Below are positions 50,283 to 62,175 of a DNA stretch of 64,000 nt, piece by piece; position 1 is the first letter of the stretch, and the number at the start of each line of letters is the position of its first letter. Under the pieces are notes generated by a model, which worked only from the letters and a program-made list of their open reading frames with translations, was not told the DNA's origin and ran no database searches. Source of the DNA: Amphiscolops sp. MND2022 (Eukaryota). Where the stretch lies: positions 39,556,001-39,620,000 of the forward strand of contig OZ076419.1 of the NCBI GenBank assembly GCA_964187785.1. Reading direction: 5' to 3'. Made by a program: the position numbers and the translations under genes.

Positions 50283-51302
50283 TCAAAGTTGCGCCACGGA
50301 ACCATCGCATCTTGATGAATGCGACAGTCCCGCATTTTTAAAGAGGAACAGGGCTGCTTCAAATCCATGAATAAATGCTCCTGATCTAATCGCTCTTTCT
50401 TTCACTTTTTCTCCCTCGTATTCAGTTGCCATGAGGTACTCGCCCAAAGTTTCCAGCGCAATTTGATCGTAGCACTTACCACATATGTCGCAGTAACCCG
50501 CCACATTTGACATGACAGTTGGCAACAGTCTCATGCTCTGTCTCTCTCTTGCAGGGATCATCATGATATTCGTGCTGTGGGTCACATGAAAGGGAAAGCC
50601 CAACTGCACCATAGGTTGAACTGTGATCTGTTGGTTCTCAATGGAAGCTCCCCTCATTGGGATGGGGAAGAACGCGGGTGACAAATTAAATCCTTGCACT
50701 GCATTTAGAGTACCTTGTGACGGAGCTATATCTCTTCGTAGCTCTTGTTCCATGGGTTCACTGAGTTGCGTGTGCTGAAAATCGGATGTCTCTGGCCTGT
50801 AGTTAGGTGGGTAAGTGGGGGTTGGTCTTGGCAATATTCCACCTGCACTGGGGTTCACTCTTTGGGTAGGGGGAACCCTGGCGGTAGGCCGACCATAATT
50901 GTTTGTTCCCTCAGGAGGGGTATTACCCAGCGTCCAGGGGAACAAATTCCCTTCTTCAAACTCGCTATCTATGAATGAACTTGGGGAAATCATTGTATCT
51001 TCTTGCGGTTCCCCTAACAACTCCATCAGGTCTTGTTCTATCTGTGTCCCTGTGGCACTTAGAGACTCATTCTGTTCTGCTGTATTGGCCGGATCCACGT
51101 ATAACGAAGCCAATGTTGAGCCCATGAATGCCGACATCAGGTTACTCCTAGTTGTATTAAATCGAAATCTTTCGTCAAGCTGAGCAATATCTCCGGGAGC
51201 CATTGAGAAACTATTTTCTGACTCGCTCGAAATATCCACCACATCAGGTGATATTGGGGAGTACAGAGAATTCATATCAGAATTGAATTGGAGTTTTTCC
51301 AT
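50283..51302 (-). CDS. Element B sense accessory ORF (339 aa; disordered, with a C-terminal CxxCG domain)
   Basis: Intact ATG-started ORF. N-terminal VVDISSESE, Pro/Ser/Gln-rich middle, and C-terminal CDICGKCYDQI...ERAIRSGAFIHG. Confidence 0.7.
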   Translation of the reverse strand: MEKLQFNSDMNSLYSPISPDVVDISSESENSFSMAPGDIAQLDERFRFNTTRSNLMSAFMGSTLASLYVDPANTAEQNESLSATGTQIEQDLMELLGEPQEDTMISPSSFIDSEFEEGNLFPWTLGNTPPEGTNNYGRPTARVPPTQRVNPSAGGILPRPTPTYPPNYRPETSDFQHTQLSEPMEQELRRDIAPSQGTLNAVQGFNLSPAFFPIPMRGASIENQQITVQPMVQLGFPFHVTHSTNIMMIPARERQSMRLLPTVMSNVAGYCDICGKCYDQIALETLGEYLMATEYEGEKVKERAIRSGAFIHGFEAALFLFKNAGLSHSSRCDGSVAQL

Positions 51303-52102
51303 TTTAGATTTGTAGAGAAACCACTGAGTATTTCAGATTTTCAAAAATTTTAGAAGGCAACTGATTTATGAGATTGCAAAGACCATATGGTGATCGATTT
51401 TCTTCTTCCTCTTGATTTTGGATGAAAACCCGCGGAAAAATTGCTTGTCATGTTCTGATCCTGCAGACATCCTTATAAGGTTTTCGTAGGTAGTAGATTT
51501 TCGGGTTTCATTCACAACGAGTAGTAAACAATTTCCATAAAAGGTGTTTCAGGTAACGCCTTTACTGATCATCACCCATCATCAAAGCTTAAAGCTTTCT
51601 TCATACGTTTAAATGATAGATAAACAAATTCTTCCTAACTTCAGAATAACTAACCAGGAAATATTTTCATGGAAATATTCATTGAAACAACTCAAAAGTG
51701 AATTCATTTGTTCTTACATGACTAAGTTTACATGAAAATGAAAGATGTTAAAGTGAATGTTTCATTTCAGTTTCATATCGTTACGGAAACAAAGTTTATT
51801 TTAAAGAGAAACATAGTTTAAACCCAGTCCCGCATTTGAAAAATGCAGCAGGGTTAGTAATAAAGCAAATAGGTTTTCATGTTTGTTGGTAATTCCAAAA
51901 AACTTGTACCAGCAGTCTAGACTTCTAAAAACATATCAAAATCAAAAGAGCGCCGGTCTTGTATTGGCACATTATTAATATCACATATGTCTTGCCATTA
52001 AGAGTATGTAGTTTCTTCATCATATTACAAAATACTATTCCATTCATACGCTTCTAATCATTGACGACATTAATCCACTCCTTTTAAATGCATTCAGCGA
52101 AA

Positions 52103-52350
52103 ACCGCATGATGCCGAGTACGCGTCACTACTCAATCCGCATAGTGCCGCATAGTCCTTGACTGCAATTCCTCATATTGCCGTGTACATGTCACTGCAAT
52201 TCCGCATACTGCCGCGTACTCGTCACTGCAATTCCGTATACTGCCGCGTACTCGTCACTGCAATTCCGCATACTGCCGCGTACTCGTCACTGCAATTCCG
52301 CATACTGCTGCGTATTCGTCTTCAGTCGATCCGCATACTGCCGTCTACTC
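52103..52350. repeat. 32-bp tandem repeat (ACTGCAATTCCGCATACTGCCGCGTACTCGTC), array 2
   Basis: Units at 52161, 52193, 52225, 52257 and 52289, plus degenerate flanking units. Confidence 0.9.
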
Positions 52351-52419
52351 TAGCATATAAATCATTCCAATTTGGTTCATATTAACGCATTTGCATGTAT
52401 TTTCACACCCAGATCCACA

Positions 52420-55400
52420 ATGAGTCAATCAATCACGCTGGCAGACGTAATTGATATTGAATTAGCCAATCAGATTCCAGTATTTCTTTGCACTTTTGCG
52501 CAAACTAGCATCATTTGCTCTTTGCCTTTGCCTTGTTACGCCACGCCTTTGGAACTTCATCATTTGTCAAACAGTCATATAGTTAAAATAGTATTTCAGT
52601 CCAGAGTTCACAAAACATTGCAGTTCAATCTACTCCTTTTAGCCTTCACCGATTTCAGCTTTATTTTCAGCCTTTTATACTTTATTTGTGGAGTATATAT
52701 TTTATTTCTTAACCACAATCCACTATCCCCTTCTTTGCATCACTTTCGGATGGAGGGAAAACAGGAACAGAGTTTATCTGGGGAGAAAGGGACGCAAGGG
52801 GAGCAATCACCTCGTCGTTACGGTGGAGGGAGGAATTATAATCCATCTTTCTGGTCTGATCCAGGCAAGTCCAACTTTCAATATAATTCTAGTTTGGTTG
52901 ATTCAGTGAATGTTCGGTTTGTTGAGTTGGCCATACTCATACGTGAAAATGATCCTTGTTCATCGGATCAATTTCAGATTCTTTTGAAACGTTTCCGTTT
53001 CCAATTTCTAAGTGGCTTCCGGTTTTCATACATTTCCTGTCCCCGCGTCCGGTTTCAGTCAATTTAAGCGGCTTCCACTTGCATAATTTTGTTTTGTTAA
53101 CTGGATCATTTGTTTCAGTTGAACTAGAGGCCAGTGAATTACATTCAACTCAATCCCCGGTCAAGGTTTATAGACCTCTGCAAACATCCTCTCCTAAATT
53201 TCCTGTCATCTCAGAAACACTTGAATCCCAAAGTACTGCTCCGCTTCAAATCCATGAAGAAATTAGTGTGGAAACTACAATCGAGAACACCCCTGCTGAT
53301 ACTCCAATGACAACCGGGGCTAATCATCAAGAATACACAGTTGAAAACAACCGCACCACTATATAACCAACCCTGAGCAAGAAACGACCCCCACGGGAGA
53401 CATGGAGAGCTCCTATGCAAACATTAGTCGTGAGATAGTGGAAAGCTTCATGGATTCAGAAACAGCTCAGGCCTTTTCTTCACATTATAGCCAATACCTA
53501 CCTCCAGGAACTGGTTCTGGGCTTGAACATGCTATGACCAACGTTACGGAGCAAAATGTACCACCCCATAATGAGCTTCCAGAACTGTCTCCAGCTGACG
53601 GAGGCAACTTCAGTAATGTTGTGATACAAGATGCTGCTCATAGCAGTATTAACATCACTAGGAGGGAGATCCTTGCATTAACTAGAGTCCTGGAACGTAT
53701 CCCACAAGAGTATGTCCTCAATGAAGAGACTAGAGAAGGTCAGACTTTGACCCTAACCATTGTAAACGATACTGAAACTGCTCCCAACGTCGCCTCATCT
53801 AGTCAAGAGGAGGTTGGACAGCCTGTTTCGTCTGACGTTTATCCAGATGAATTACAAGGAGGACACTCAATGGGAAGAGGAAAACGTCGCAGACCAAAAT
53901 ATTCTTTGACTGGAGCTATGCTTAAGAAACATCCATTTCTGGGATTCTCTGCCACTGGCCCCATCGACAAAGACAAAACACCACACAAATGGTGGTGTCG
54001 GGTATGCAGGGTAGAACTTTCTCTAATGAGTAGAGGTAGCCTTGAATTACTATCTCACTACAAAACCGAGTCTCATTTAGTGAAGGAGCACCGGATGCGC
54101 ATGGAGATACCCGGTATGGCCCTCTTCGACAGAGAAGGACGGGAAATCTATGGAATTTCACTGCAAGAAGCTAAGAAAAAAGCCAAAAACAATTACCCAA
54201 TCGCTCCTCAACTCGACGTGTGCCGGCCCCTTGTGGGACAAGAGTCTGTCCCAGATTTCAATGCTGTTACCAACCCCACCGATAAAGTACTGTCGCAGAT
54301 CTGCATACTCGAGCACGGACTTTGCCATGGTGGGCACATCAGAAGCCTTACTGGCATCTATGATGAACTGTCTCGTCTTTCCTCCAGCAGCGGGATGTGT
54401 GAACAGAATTGGAGCCCACAGCGACTTTTTGTAGGTAGTTCTTTCTCAATTGACAGTATTCATTTTCTATCTTAACCGAATTTCCTTCATAGAAATCCCT
54501 TTAATATAAGTTTATTTACTGTGAGTAAGGAACATTTTGTTTGTCTCATAGGGAATTTTCGTCTACATGTTCCGAGAATTGGTTGGATATTGTGTCACTG
54601 CGATCGCTACATCTGGCCATTACTCTTTCGCTTTGCAACATACCCCAACAGCAACGTATCTAATCCTCAATTTCTGGTCGGGGAACGTATTACAGCACGT
54701 ATGCTTGGGAAGTGGACCACGGGGAATGTTGATGCCAAGGAAAAACCTGATGACAGTTTCATCATTCATCAGCCTCTTTGAAGAAGCTCCATCTTGTGTT
54801 GCCCTCATTGACTTCAGTGAAAAGTTAAGTGAATGTCTATCAAACTGTCTCCCAGGAAAACAGCAATCTTCCATTGTCAGTTCATATGGACCAGAAGAGT
54901 TTGAGAAGAGCCTTGCGTTACAAACTTCTCAAATCATTGAGCGCCACGACTTTCGAACGATATTAGACTTTCTCTTAATGAAGTTGAGAACGGTTTTGGA
55001 CCGAGATTGGTTAAAGAAGTTACCACTACTACACAAAGTAATTAAAATACTATATTCGTTTTACTTAAACGTCTAAGTTTCCGAGGTGTGATTTTCCTTT
55101 TCTTTTAGAGTGTAGTCCCCTTGGAGTATTCTCTTCAGGATGCATCATTGATTATAGAGACTTTATCCAATAATTGGGATCACGTGCTTGACCACCTTAA
55201 TCAAGTCGCGAGGCTTCCTGCGTATCGCTTCCATATGCGTGAGGTTATTTGCTCTCCTTTACCATGTTTCCTTTGAGACCAAAAATACGTATTTTCCTTA
55301 TCTTCATGTTATCCTTTCGTTTTAGCCAAGCACTTTGGATGAATGTTTCCGCCTCGACACGGCTTACCTAACCCGCCTCTTCGTCATCCGCTGTGTCCTA

Positions 55401-57122
55401 GACCATTGTTAGTTGTTTTGTATCCATACCACCTATTGTTGTAACAGTTTCTAAGTATTATCATTCCCAAAACTCAAATTCCTCTTTGTAGCAGACTTTT
55501 CATTTCTCCGAAAATCATTGGAACACAATTAGTATATCTTTCCTTTCACGGTATATATAATGGTGCATAACCATTCTGCTGGTTGCGAATAGTGACGCAT
55601 GTTCGCTGTATCTCGTTCCACATTGCTCTGTATTGCCAATCAGCTCATTCCGCATAATGGTGTATAATCATTCAACTGATTGCGCGTAGTGACGTATAGT
55701 CGCTACACCTCGTTCCGCATAGTGTTGTTTAGACATCTAGCTGATTCCGCATAGTGACGTATAGTCGCTACACCTCATTCCGCATAGTGACGTATAATCA
55801 TCCAGCTGATTCCGCATAGTGATGTATAGTCGCTATACCTCGTTCCGCATAGTGACGTATAATCCTTGATTATTCAGCTTTAATGTGTCGGTTTCCACTG
55901 TAGTAATTCCGCACGTGTTTTATGGCGCTGATGCTTTCTTCAAATCAACTCTTGTTCTTTTTGTTTTGTGAAAATGCAGGGCTATTGTATACTTAACTTA
56001 TTTGTTGTTTTAGACAACTCAGCGTTCTCTGAAGTTCAGAAGAGTGTGGATTGTGGATTTCGCGCCTTCAGTCAGTTTACCATTTTTATTTACTCCCAGC
56101 TTCAGAGTATTTTACCGGATTCCTCGCTTGGGAATATATCGGATTGGGACAATTTTTTGCAGCTTGATTTAGATCAAGCAGACTTGCCGTACAGAACCCC
56201 GGACGAGTATGTTCTCAACGAAGATTTTCACAAATTAGTTACTGCGAGTAAATTGCCACGTCCCAGCAAATTCGTTGAACAGTCTATTCGCTTTGTTAAA
56301 TCTTTTTGCAGACAACTATTGGAACATGGGAACATCAAATCTAGACTCATCAGAGGACTGTCAGCATTTGATCCTGCCGTAATCCTTGTTGGACCGGAAG
56401 CCAACTACACGGACGCTATTGAAAAACTGACAAGCCATTTCGTCTCTGTTAACTTGATTACTTCAAGTGTGAAAGTAAAAGTTGTTAGTCAGTACCGATC
56501 ATTAGCAGTTAAATTGCGATCCGGGGATTCTCCAGAGTACGATGATTGGATTACGTTTCTGACTTCTCACTATGAGCTTCAATGTAGACCCGAACTGTTT
56601 CAATTGTTCAAGTATTCATGTTTATGTTTGCCTCCACGTGTTGTAATGCCTCCAGAATTTATTGTTCCAATGGCCGATTTAGAGTCTGGTGAGGGAAACT
56701 TTCAGTCTTGCATAAAAAGTCTTCAGATGTCGTACAGCACTATTCCACATGTTTCCAGCCTGTATCGGGATCCTAAATCAGTGAGTCGCGTTTTCCGCCT
56801 CCTGGGTCGTGGAGCCGATTTATTGGCAGATAGAAAATTTTCCATCTGGAATTTCATGAGGGGGAGTGCTACCCGTAGAACATCATTGTTAGGAAAACTT
56901 GAAACTGGTTATCGCAAGGCTGTTTTGCAACACGATAGGCCAATTGTTTCGTCGACTACAACAACCCCCAGTGTCAGCAGGACTGGAAGTGTGAACAGTT
57001 CTCCTTCACCTGATCCTAGTCTGAGCAGGATTAGTGTATCGCTTAATCGCTGTTCCAGTTCCTCAGTTGAAGATACCGGCAAGAAATCCAACTCCAAGTT
57101 TGCGAAAGGCAAGAAAAACTAA
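52420..57122 (+). CDS. Element B antisense cargo gene (spliced zinc-finger protein, homologue of the element A gene; 5' structure uncertain, frameshift near 53360)
   Basis: Supported exons are ...-54430, 54552-55037, 55109-55243, 55326-55407 and 56014-57122, all GT-AG with consistent phases 0,0,0,1. CX2CX16HX5H finger at 53996-54076. The start at 52420 is tentative. Confidence 0.72.
55585..55865. repeat. Intronic tandem repeat, alternating 33/32-bp subunits (65-bp dimer), core TTCCGCATAGTGACGTATA, array 3
   Basis: GATTCCGC at 55743 and 55808 (65 bp apart); subunit tails alternate between GTCGCTACACCTC and ATCATCCAGCTGA. Confidence 0.85.
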
Positions 57123-57305
57123 ATGTGGATTGCAGTGTATGATTGATTACTGTTTTCTTTCCATTCTTTGTTTTGTTTGATGTCTGTTTTTGTTACGTAT
57201 TTATCTTATACCAGGCTAGTCATTACTGATAAAAAACAGGCACTCTCCCTGGTATTTATTAGAAGAAAAAGGGAGGAAAAAGAAGATGTTTGTCTGTGTT
57301 TTGTT

Positions 57306-60300
57306 CTAATATCTGTATGAGTCAGAGTAGTTTGGGTTGGGATTGGGGCGTAAGTTGTATTTTTCACCACGTGTGTTTATGGGTTTTTCTTGCCATGGAG
57401 TATTTTGGGAGTTTTCTGGGGTTTTTTGGGTATCATCAACTGGTGAAATACTTGGTTCTTTTTGAGTTTTTCGGGAATTTTCATCATCATCACTGATGTG
57501 TTGTGGAATTTCATTTTCGTGATTGTCGTAATTTTGATCTGGTTCAGTGGTCTGTTCCACTGGGCTCCCCCCACCATTTTTTGAAGATTCAGGGGAGGGC
57601 GGGTGGTTATTTTCGGGGATTTGAATCGGAGCATATTCAGCATCGTCAGTGTCCTGAGAAAACTCGGACGGCCCGTCTTCAAACGGGTTCGTTCCAAAAT
57701 TTGTGTTCCATGATTGGGCGTATAGATCATCATTGCTATGGGCGTTTGATCATCTTTTTGCCAATCAGTTTCACGAACAAAAATATCTGCCAATGGGGCT
57801 TGTGGAATAATTTTCCTGAGCCGGATCCTGTGTAGTAATTGCGTTTTGTTAGTGCCAAGTCTCCGGACAATATAATTATTGTTAAGGAGTACTTTTTCCA
57901 CTTTATATGGTCCACACCATCTGAATTCTCGGAATGGTATTTTTGTCGCTTGAGTATCAGCTTTTGGGTTGAGGATGTAACAATAGTCCGTCGTTTCGAG
58001 CGGAGCTGCTTTTGCTTTCCTAACATAGTAGGCTTTGTATTTGAGATAAGATTGCATGATGTTCTTCTTAGTTTGATCGAGAAGGATTTTCATACGTTTT
58101 TGGATTTCTTCAGCCACATCAGTCTGTGGTTGGTATCGTGGGTTAGGGTTATATCCAAGTTTGTAGTCTAGGATATTATGTGGTATTCTACCATGGAAAA
58201 CTCGTGAAGGCTCGCAACCGAGTGATGCATGATACGTTGTATTGTGGTTTAGAACTGCCAACGGTAGATACTTATGCCAGTTATTCCTGAAATCGCCTGT
58301 TCCAGCTTTCAGGTGTGTTTTGACTGAAGCATGGGTTCTCTCAAGGAGTCCTATCGTTTGAGCATGTTTCATTGTTGCGTGTTTAAGTTCAATTCCTAGC
58401 ACTGCTGCAACTTCATGCGTTATTTGCGCATTGAATTGAGTGCCTAGATCTGTGATTATCGTTGTAGGAAGGTAAGTGTGTTTGCATAGTATGTCCATGA
58501 TAACTCTTGACACCGTTGTTGCATTGATGCGAGTTACAGGGTAAGCAAACAAATATTTTGAGAAGACATCTATCGCCGTGATGATATGGTCATAGCCTCC
58601 GCTTGTGGGGAGGTTTGGCAAAATATCCATTTGCAAAATGTCCTCTGGCCCAAGATCCCATTCTGGGCAGTTTAAGAGTTCAGTTCTGAGAAGATCATTG
58701 TTAATGCGTTTTGTTTGGATACACACTTGGCAGTTACTGACCCATTTTTTGATGTATTTAGCCATACATGGGTAGTAGTATTTTTGTCGGGCTTCTTGAA
58801 TCATCTTGGTGATTCCTGGGTGGTTTGAATTGTGACCATGTAGGGCTTGAAGAAATTCTTCTAGCAGTTGGATCGGTAAGAGAATTTGGTAATGAGATAT
58901 GGTTCCTGTGTCAGTGTAGTATTTTCGTGTAAAGACTTCCTGTTTTATTTCTATTCGGGTTATATTTTGTAAGTAGTGTTGGTATCTATAATCGGACGCC
59001 AATTCGTTTTCATCAAATGGGTTTCCTTCAAGTTTTGCTCTCAGATTTCTAAGGACGATGTCATTGTTCTTCTCGAGGCGAATTCTTGCATTATCCTTAA
59101 AGTATCCTGATGAGATTGAGATCAACCCCGATGTGGGTTTATGAAATTGTTGTAGTTCAGAGACGTCAGTTTCTGGTTCATTGTGTGTTTCTGTTTGAGC
59201 TTGGTCTCGAATATTTTGTTTCTCTTCCCAAAGTTGATTTTCATCATTTTCATCTTCGGGTAGAATGTAAATTTGCTCTTCGTCTACAATTCCGGTTGAT
59301 TGGATATTCACCTCAATAGCTTTGGTGTGAATGTCATTACGGATTGTCATTTCTAGTTTTTCAGTTGGGTCAACTTCTGTTCTAGATAAGAAGTCAGCTG
59401 CTGTGTTCATTGATCCAGCAACATGAGCAATTACGAAATTATATTGTAAGACGTAATCGCACGCATTCCAGAGTGCTGGTGGAATCATTTTTGCTTGAAA
59501 AAAGCGAGTTACTGATCGATTGTCAGTGAAGACTATGACTGGGAAGGTACTTCCCCACATGAGGTGTCCAAACTCTACAAATGCGAAATATATGGAAAGG
59601 AATTCTTTCGCATATATTGACATTTTAATTTGTGTTGGATTAAAAGTTTTTGAACCAAATGCAATGGGTGCATACGTTTTTCGTTTAGATTGGAGATTTT
59701 GGCTCGGGTCGTCTTCGATCATGATAGCATATCTTGCTGCTGTGAAACTTGCGTCGGACATGACTATAAGTTGTTTATTTTTCAGTGGTTGTTTTAATGC
59801 TAATTGGCAGGAGTTTTCTAGAAGTTTGTTGAGGTTGGTGAAGGCTTCTACCAAGTTTGTGGGTACGTAGAATTTGGAGGTTTCTTTGAGGAGTTTGAAG
59901 AACGGAGAAAGCCGTTCTGAAAGGCGTGGTATGTAGTTTCGATAATAATTTAGAAATCCAATATACCTTTGTAACGCCTTCTTTGACTTGGGGAATCGGA
60001 GTTTTGATAGAAAATCGGTGACTTTGTCCACTTGTGGGGCGACTCCGTCTGGTGTTATTGTACGCCCTAGAAAGTCGACTTGTTTGACTCCAAAGTGACA
60101 TTTTGACATGGAGAGTTTTAGTCCTGCATTGCGAATGCATTCAAAGACAGTTTTGATACTTATGCAGAGTTGTTTTGTGTCGTTTGCCGCTATGCCAATG
60201 TCATCGACATATTGGGCATATTGGTCAGCTTTAATTGCTCGATCTAGGTACACTCTCATAAAGCTTGAAAATGCAGAAAGTGATCTAGAGAGGCCTTGAG

Positions 60301-61156
60301 CAAGACGACGATAGGCAAATGTTCTACTGGCAAAATTAAAGGCTAGCATTTGGATGGATTGGTAATCGGCCATCTGGAGGCAGTGATAAGCCTGTGAGCA
60401 ATCCAACTTGCAGAACAGTTTCTTTCCTGCCATATGTTGCGCTGCATCTGATAAAGTGCTTACCGGGTGATTGTTATTGGTGTAATCTTCAGTGATGAGG
60501 TTGTTAATCTTTCTGAGGTCTACTAAAAGTCTAAGACGTCCGTTGGGTTTGCGCTGTGCAAAAATTGGGCTGGCGTATTTGGAAAAAGGTAAAGTTGTAA
60601 TGATACCGTACTTGTGTAGAAGTGCGAGTTCTACTGTGATATCATCCTTGAGATTGATAGGAGTTGGCAGACTTTGGCTGTAAGCAGGTCTGTCATCATT
60701 CGGTGTTAATTTCACTTTGAATTCGCGGTTTATTCCTATATCGAAACGATGTCTGGCAAAGATGTCGTGAAATTCGATGAGGATTTCCTCAATTTCTTGT
60801 CGTTCGGCTGGGCCGAGTGTTGTATCAGACCAGTCGAAGTTTGAAAGAAATGTTGTTCTTGAGGAGTCGTTATCATTTGGGTTTAGTTTCTCGAGTTCTT
60901 GTAGTTCAAGAAGCTCTTGATAGATGCGTTGCTGAATTGGGGTATATGTTGCAGGGTCGCCTGGTTCATCAGGAGTAGGGAACCAGTAGGTCTCCTGTTC
61001 GGGATTTTGTTGTGGTACTTTAAGAAGTTCATTTATGTGGACTTCTGTTGTTTCTTCGTGTTGAATCATAAACGATAACAATGCAGGGTCCACTGGTTGT
61101 ATATGTTTGATTTGTTCTGGTGTTAGAATCTTGAAATCTGCTAAATGGGTGTCCAT
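57306..61156 (-). CDS. Element B RT-RNase H-integrase (1259-aa ORF; frameshift in the C-terminal tail)
   Basis: QYVDDIG, MSDAS, AADFLSR, HGHNSNHPG...CQVC, QMDILP, ITDLG and LLERTH. The tail continues in ORF 57306-57560. Confidence 0.93.
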
Positions 61157-62175
61157 TGTAATGGTGTATGGTAATTCAGAAAAGTTGATGATTTGATAGC
61201 CGATAGCATTGTTGTTGACAGTACTGAGCTATCGTGATTTTCATATTGTTGCGATGGGGTGACTATGCCGGTGGCATTATGATTCATCAAATGGGGCATT
61301 CTGCTTGCGATGGCGAGTGTTTCGCCTGGTTGTAAGGTGTAGGTATTTTCAGCAAATAATGGTGTTGCTTGCCTTATTGATGTTTGTGTTTCTGGTTTAA
61401 GTTGCATTGATAGATAGGGGAAGGTTAGGATACCCTGTGTAACATCGAAAATTGCGTTATTTCTCCAGAGGAAACACAATCCGATTAGTGGGTTCGGTAG
61501 ATTTTTCATGATGATGAAGTTTTCTTTTAACATGAAGTCAGCCACTTCAAATTCTAGTAGTACCGTACCGATGGGGACTTCTAGTTGTCCATTTGCCACC
61601 ATAATTTGGAAGTTCGGTGGGGGACCGGTTTCTTTTATTGCCTCATTGGCGAGCAATTTGATTTTGTTGAGGTCTTGTTCTGAGATTGCACTTGTGAGAG
61701 CTCCAGTATCAATGAGACCATCAAGCGTGAGTTTTTCGAAGTCCATCGGAATGTAGTACATGTGGCGTTTTCGCTTCAGTGTTAAAGAGGTTGAAATTGG
61801 GAGATATGATAAGTTTCGTTCCTTATCAAATTGTATATGTTCCGTGAGGTCTTCATTTAGAAGAGGTTGTTTCTCATTATTGCAATAAGTTTTTATTGTT
61901 ACGTGGCGTTTTGTTGTGTGTTGGGTTTCTGAGTTTGGGTCGGTTCCGGGGTTGTTAGATTGTTGAGGAAAGTAGTTGTCTGGTGCGTCGTGTAAGAGTT
62001 CGTATAAGTCTTCGGGTTGAGTTTCCAGAGTTAGTTGTTGTATATTTTCTGTTATTGAGTCGGCTTCAAAGGCTGATGTTTTTGTAGGTTTTGGGCTTAA
62101 CTGATGCTGCCAGTCATCAATTGAGTTTGGATTTTGTAGTGATTTTGTGTAAAGGCGTGGCGTTTCTAGTTTAAA
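61141..62175 (-). CDS. Element B pol N-terminus (linker plus aspartic protease), entered by -1 frameshift
   Basis: The -1 frame is open from the T TTA AAC heptamer (62175-62169) through LETPRLY... to MYYIPMDF...LIDTGALTSAI. A frameshift near 61230 separates it from the RT ORF. Confidence 0.85.
   Translation of the reverse strand, partial: FKLETPRLYTKSLQNPNSIDDWQHQLSPKPTKTSAFEADSITENIQQLTLETQPEDLYELLHDAPDNYFPQQSNNPGTDPNSETQHTTKRHVTIKTYCNNEKQPLLNEDLTEHIQFDKERNLSYLPISTSLTLKRKRHMYYIPMDFEKLTLDGLIDTGALTSAISEQDLNKIKLLANEAIKETGPPPNFQIMVANGQLEVPIGTVLLEFEVADFMLKENFIIMKNLPNPLIGLCFLWRNNAIFDVTQGILTFPYLSMQLKPETQTSIRQATPLFAENTYTLQPGETLAIASRMPHLMNHNATGIVTPSQQYENHDSSVLSTTMLSAIKSSTFLNYHTPLQWTPI

Noticed and set aside
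57225-57255. Alternative PPT/LTR start for B (minus strand CCAGGGAGAGTGCC|TGTTTT), implying an 8.4-kb LTR
   Set aside because: Poorer terminal symmetry with ...ATCACA than the 49578 site. Not fully excluded until sequence beyond 64000 is seen.
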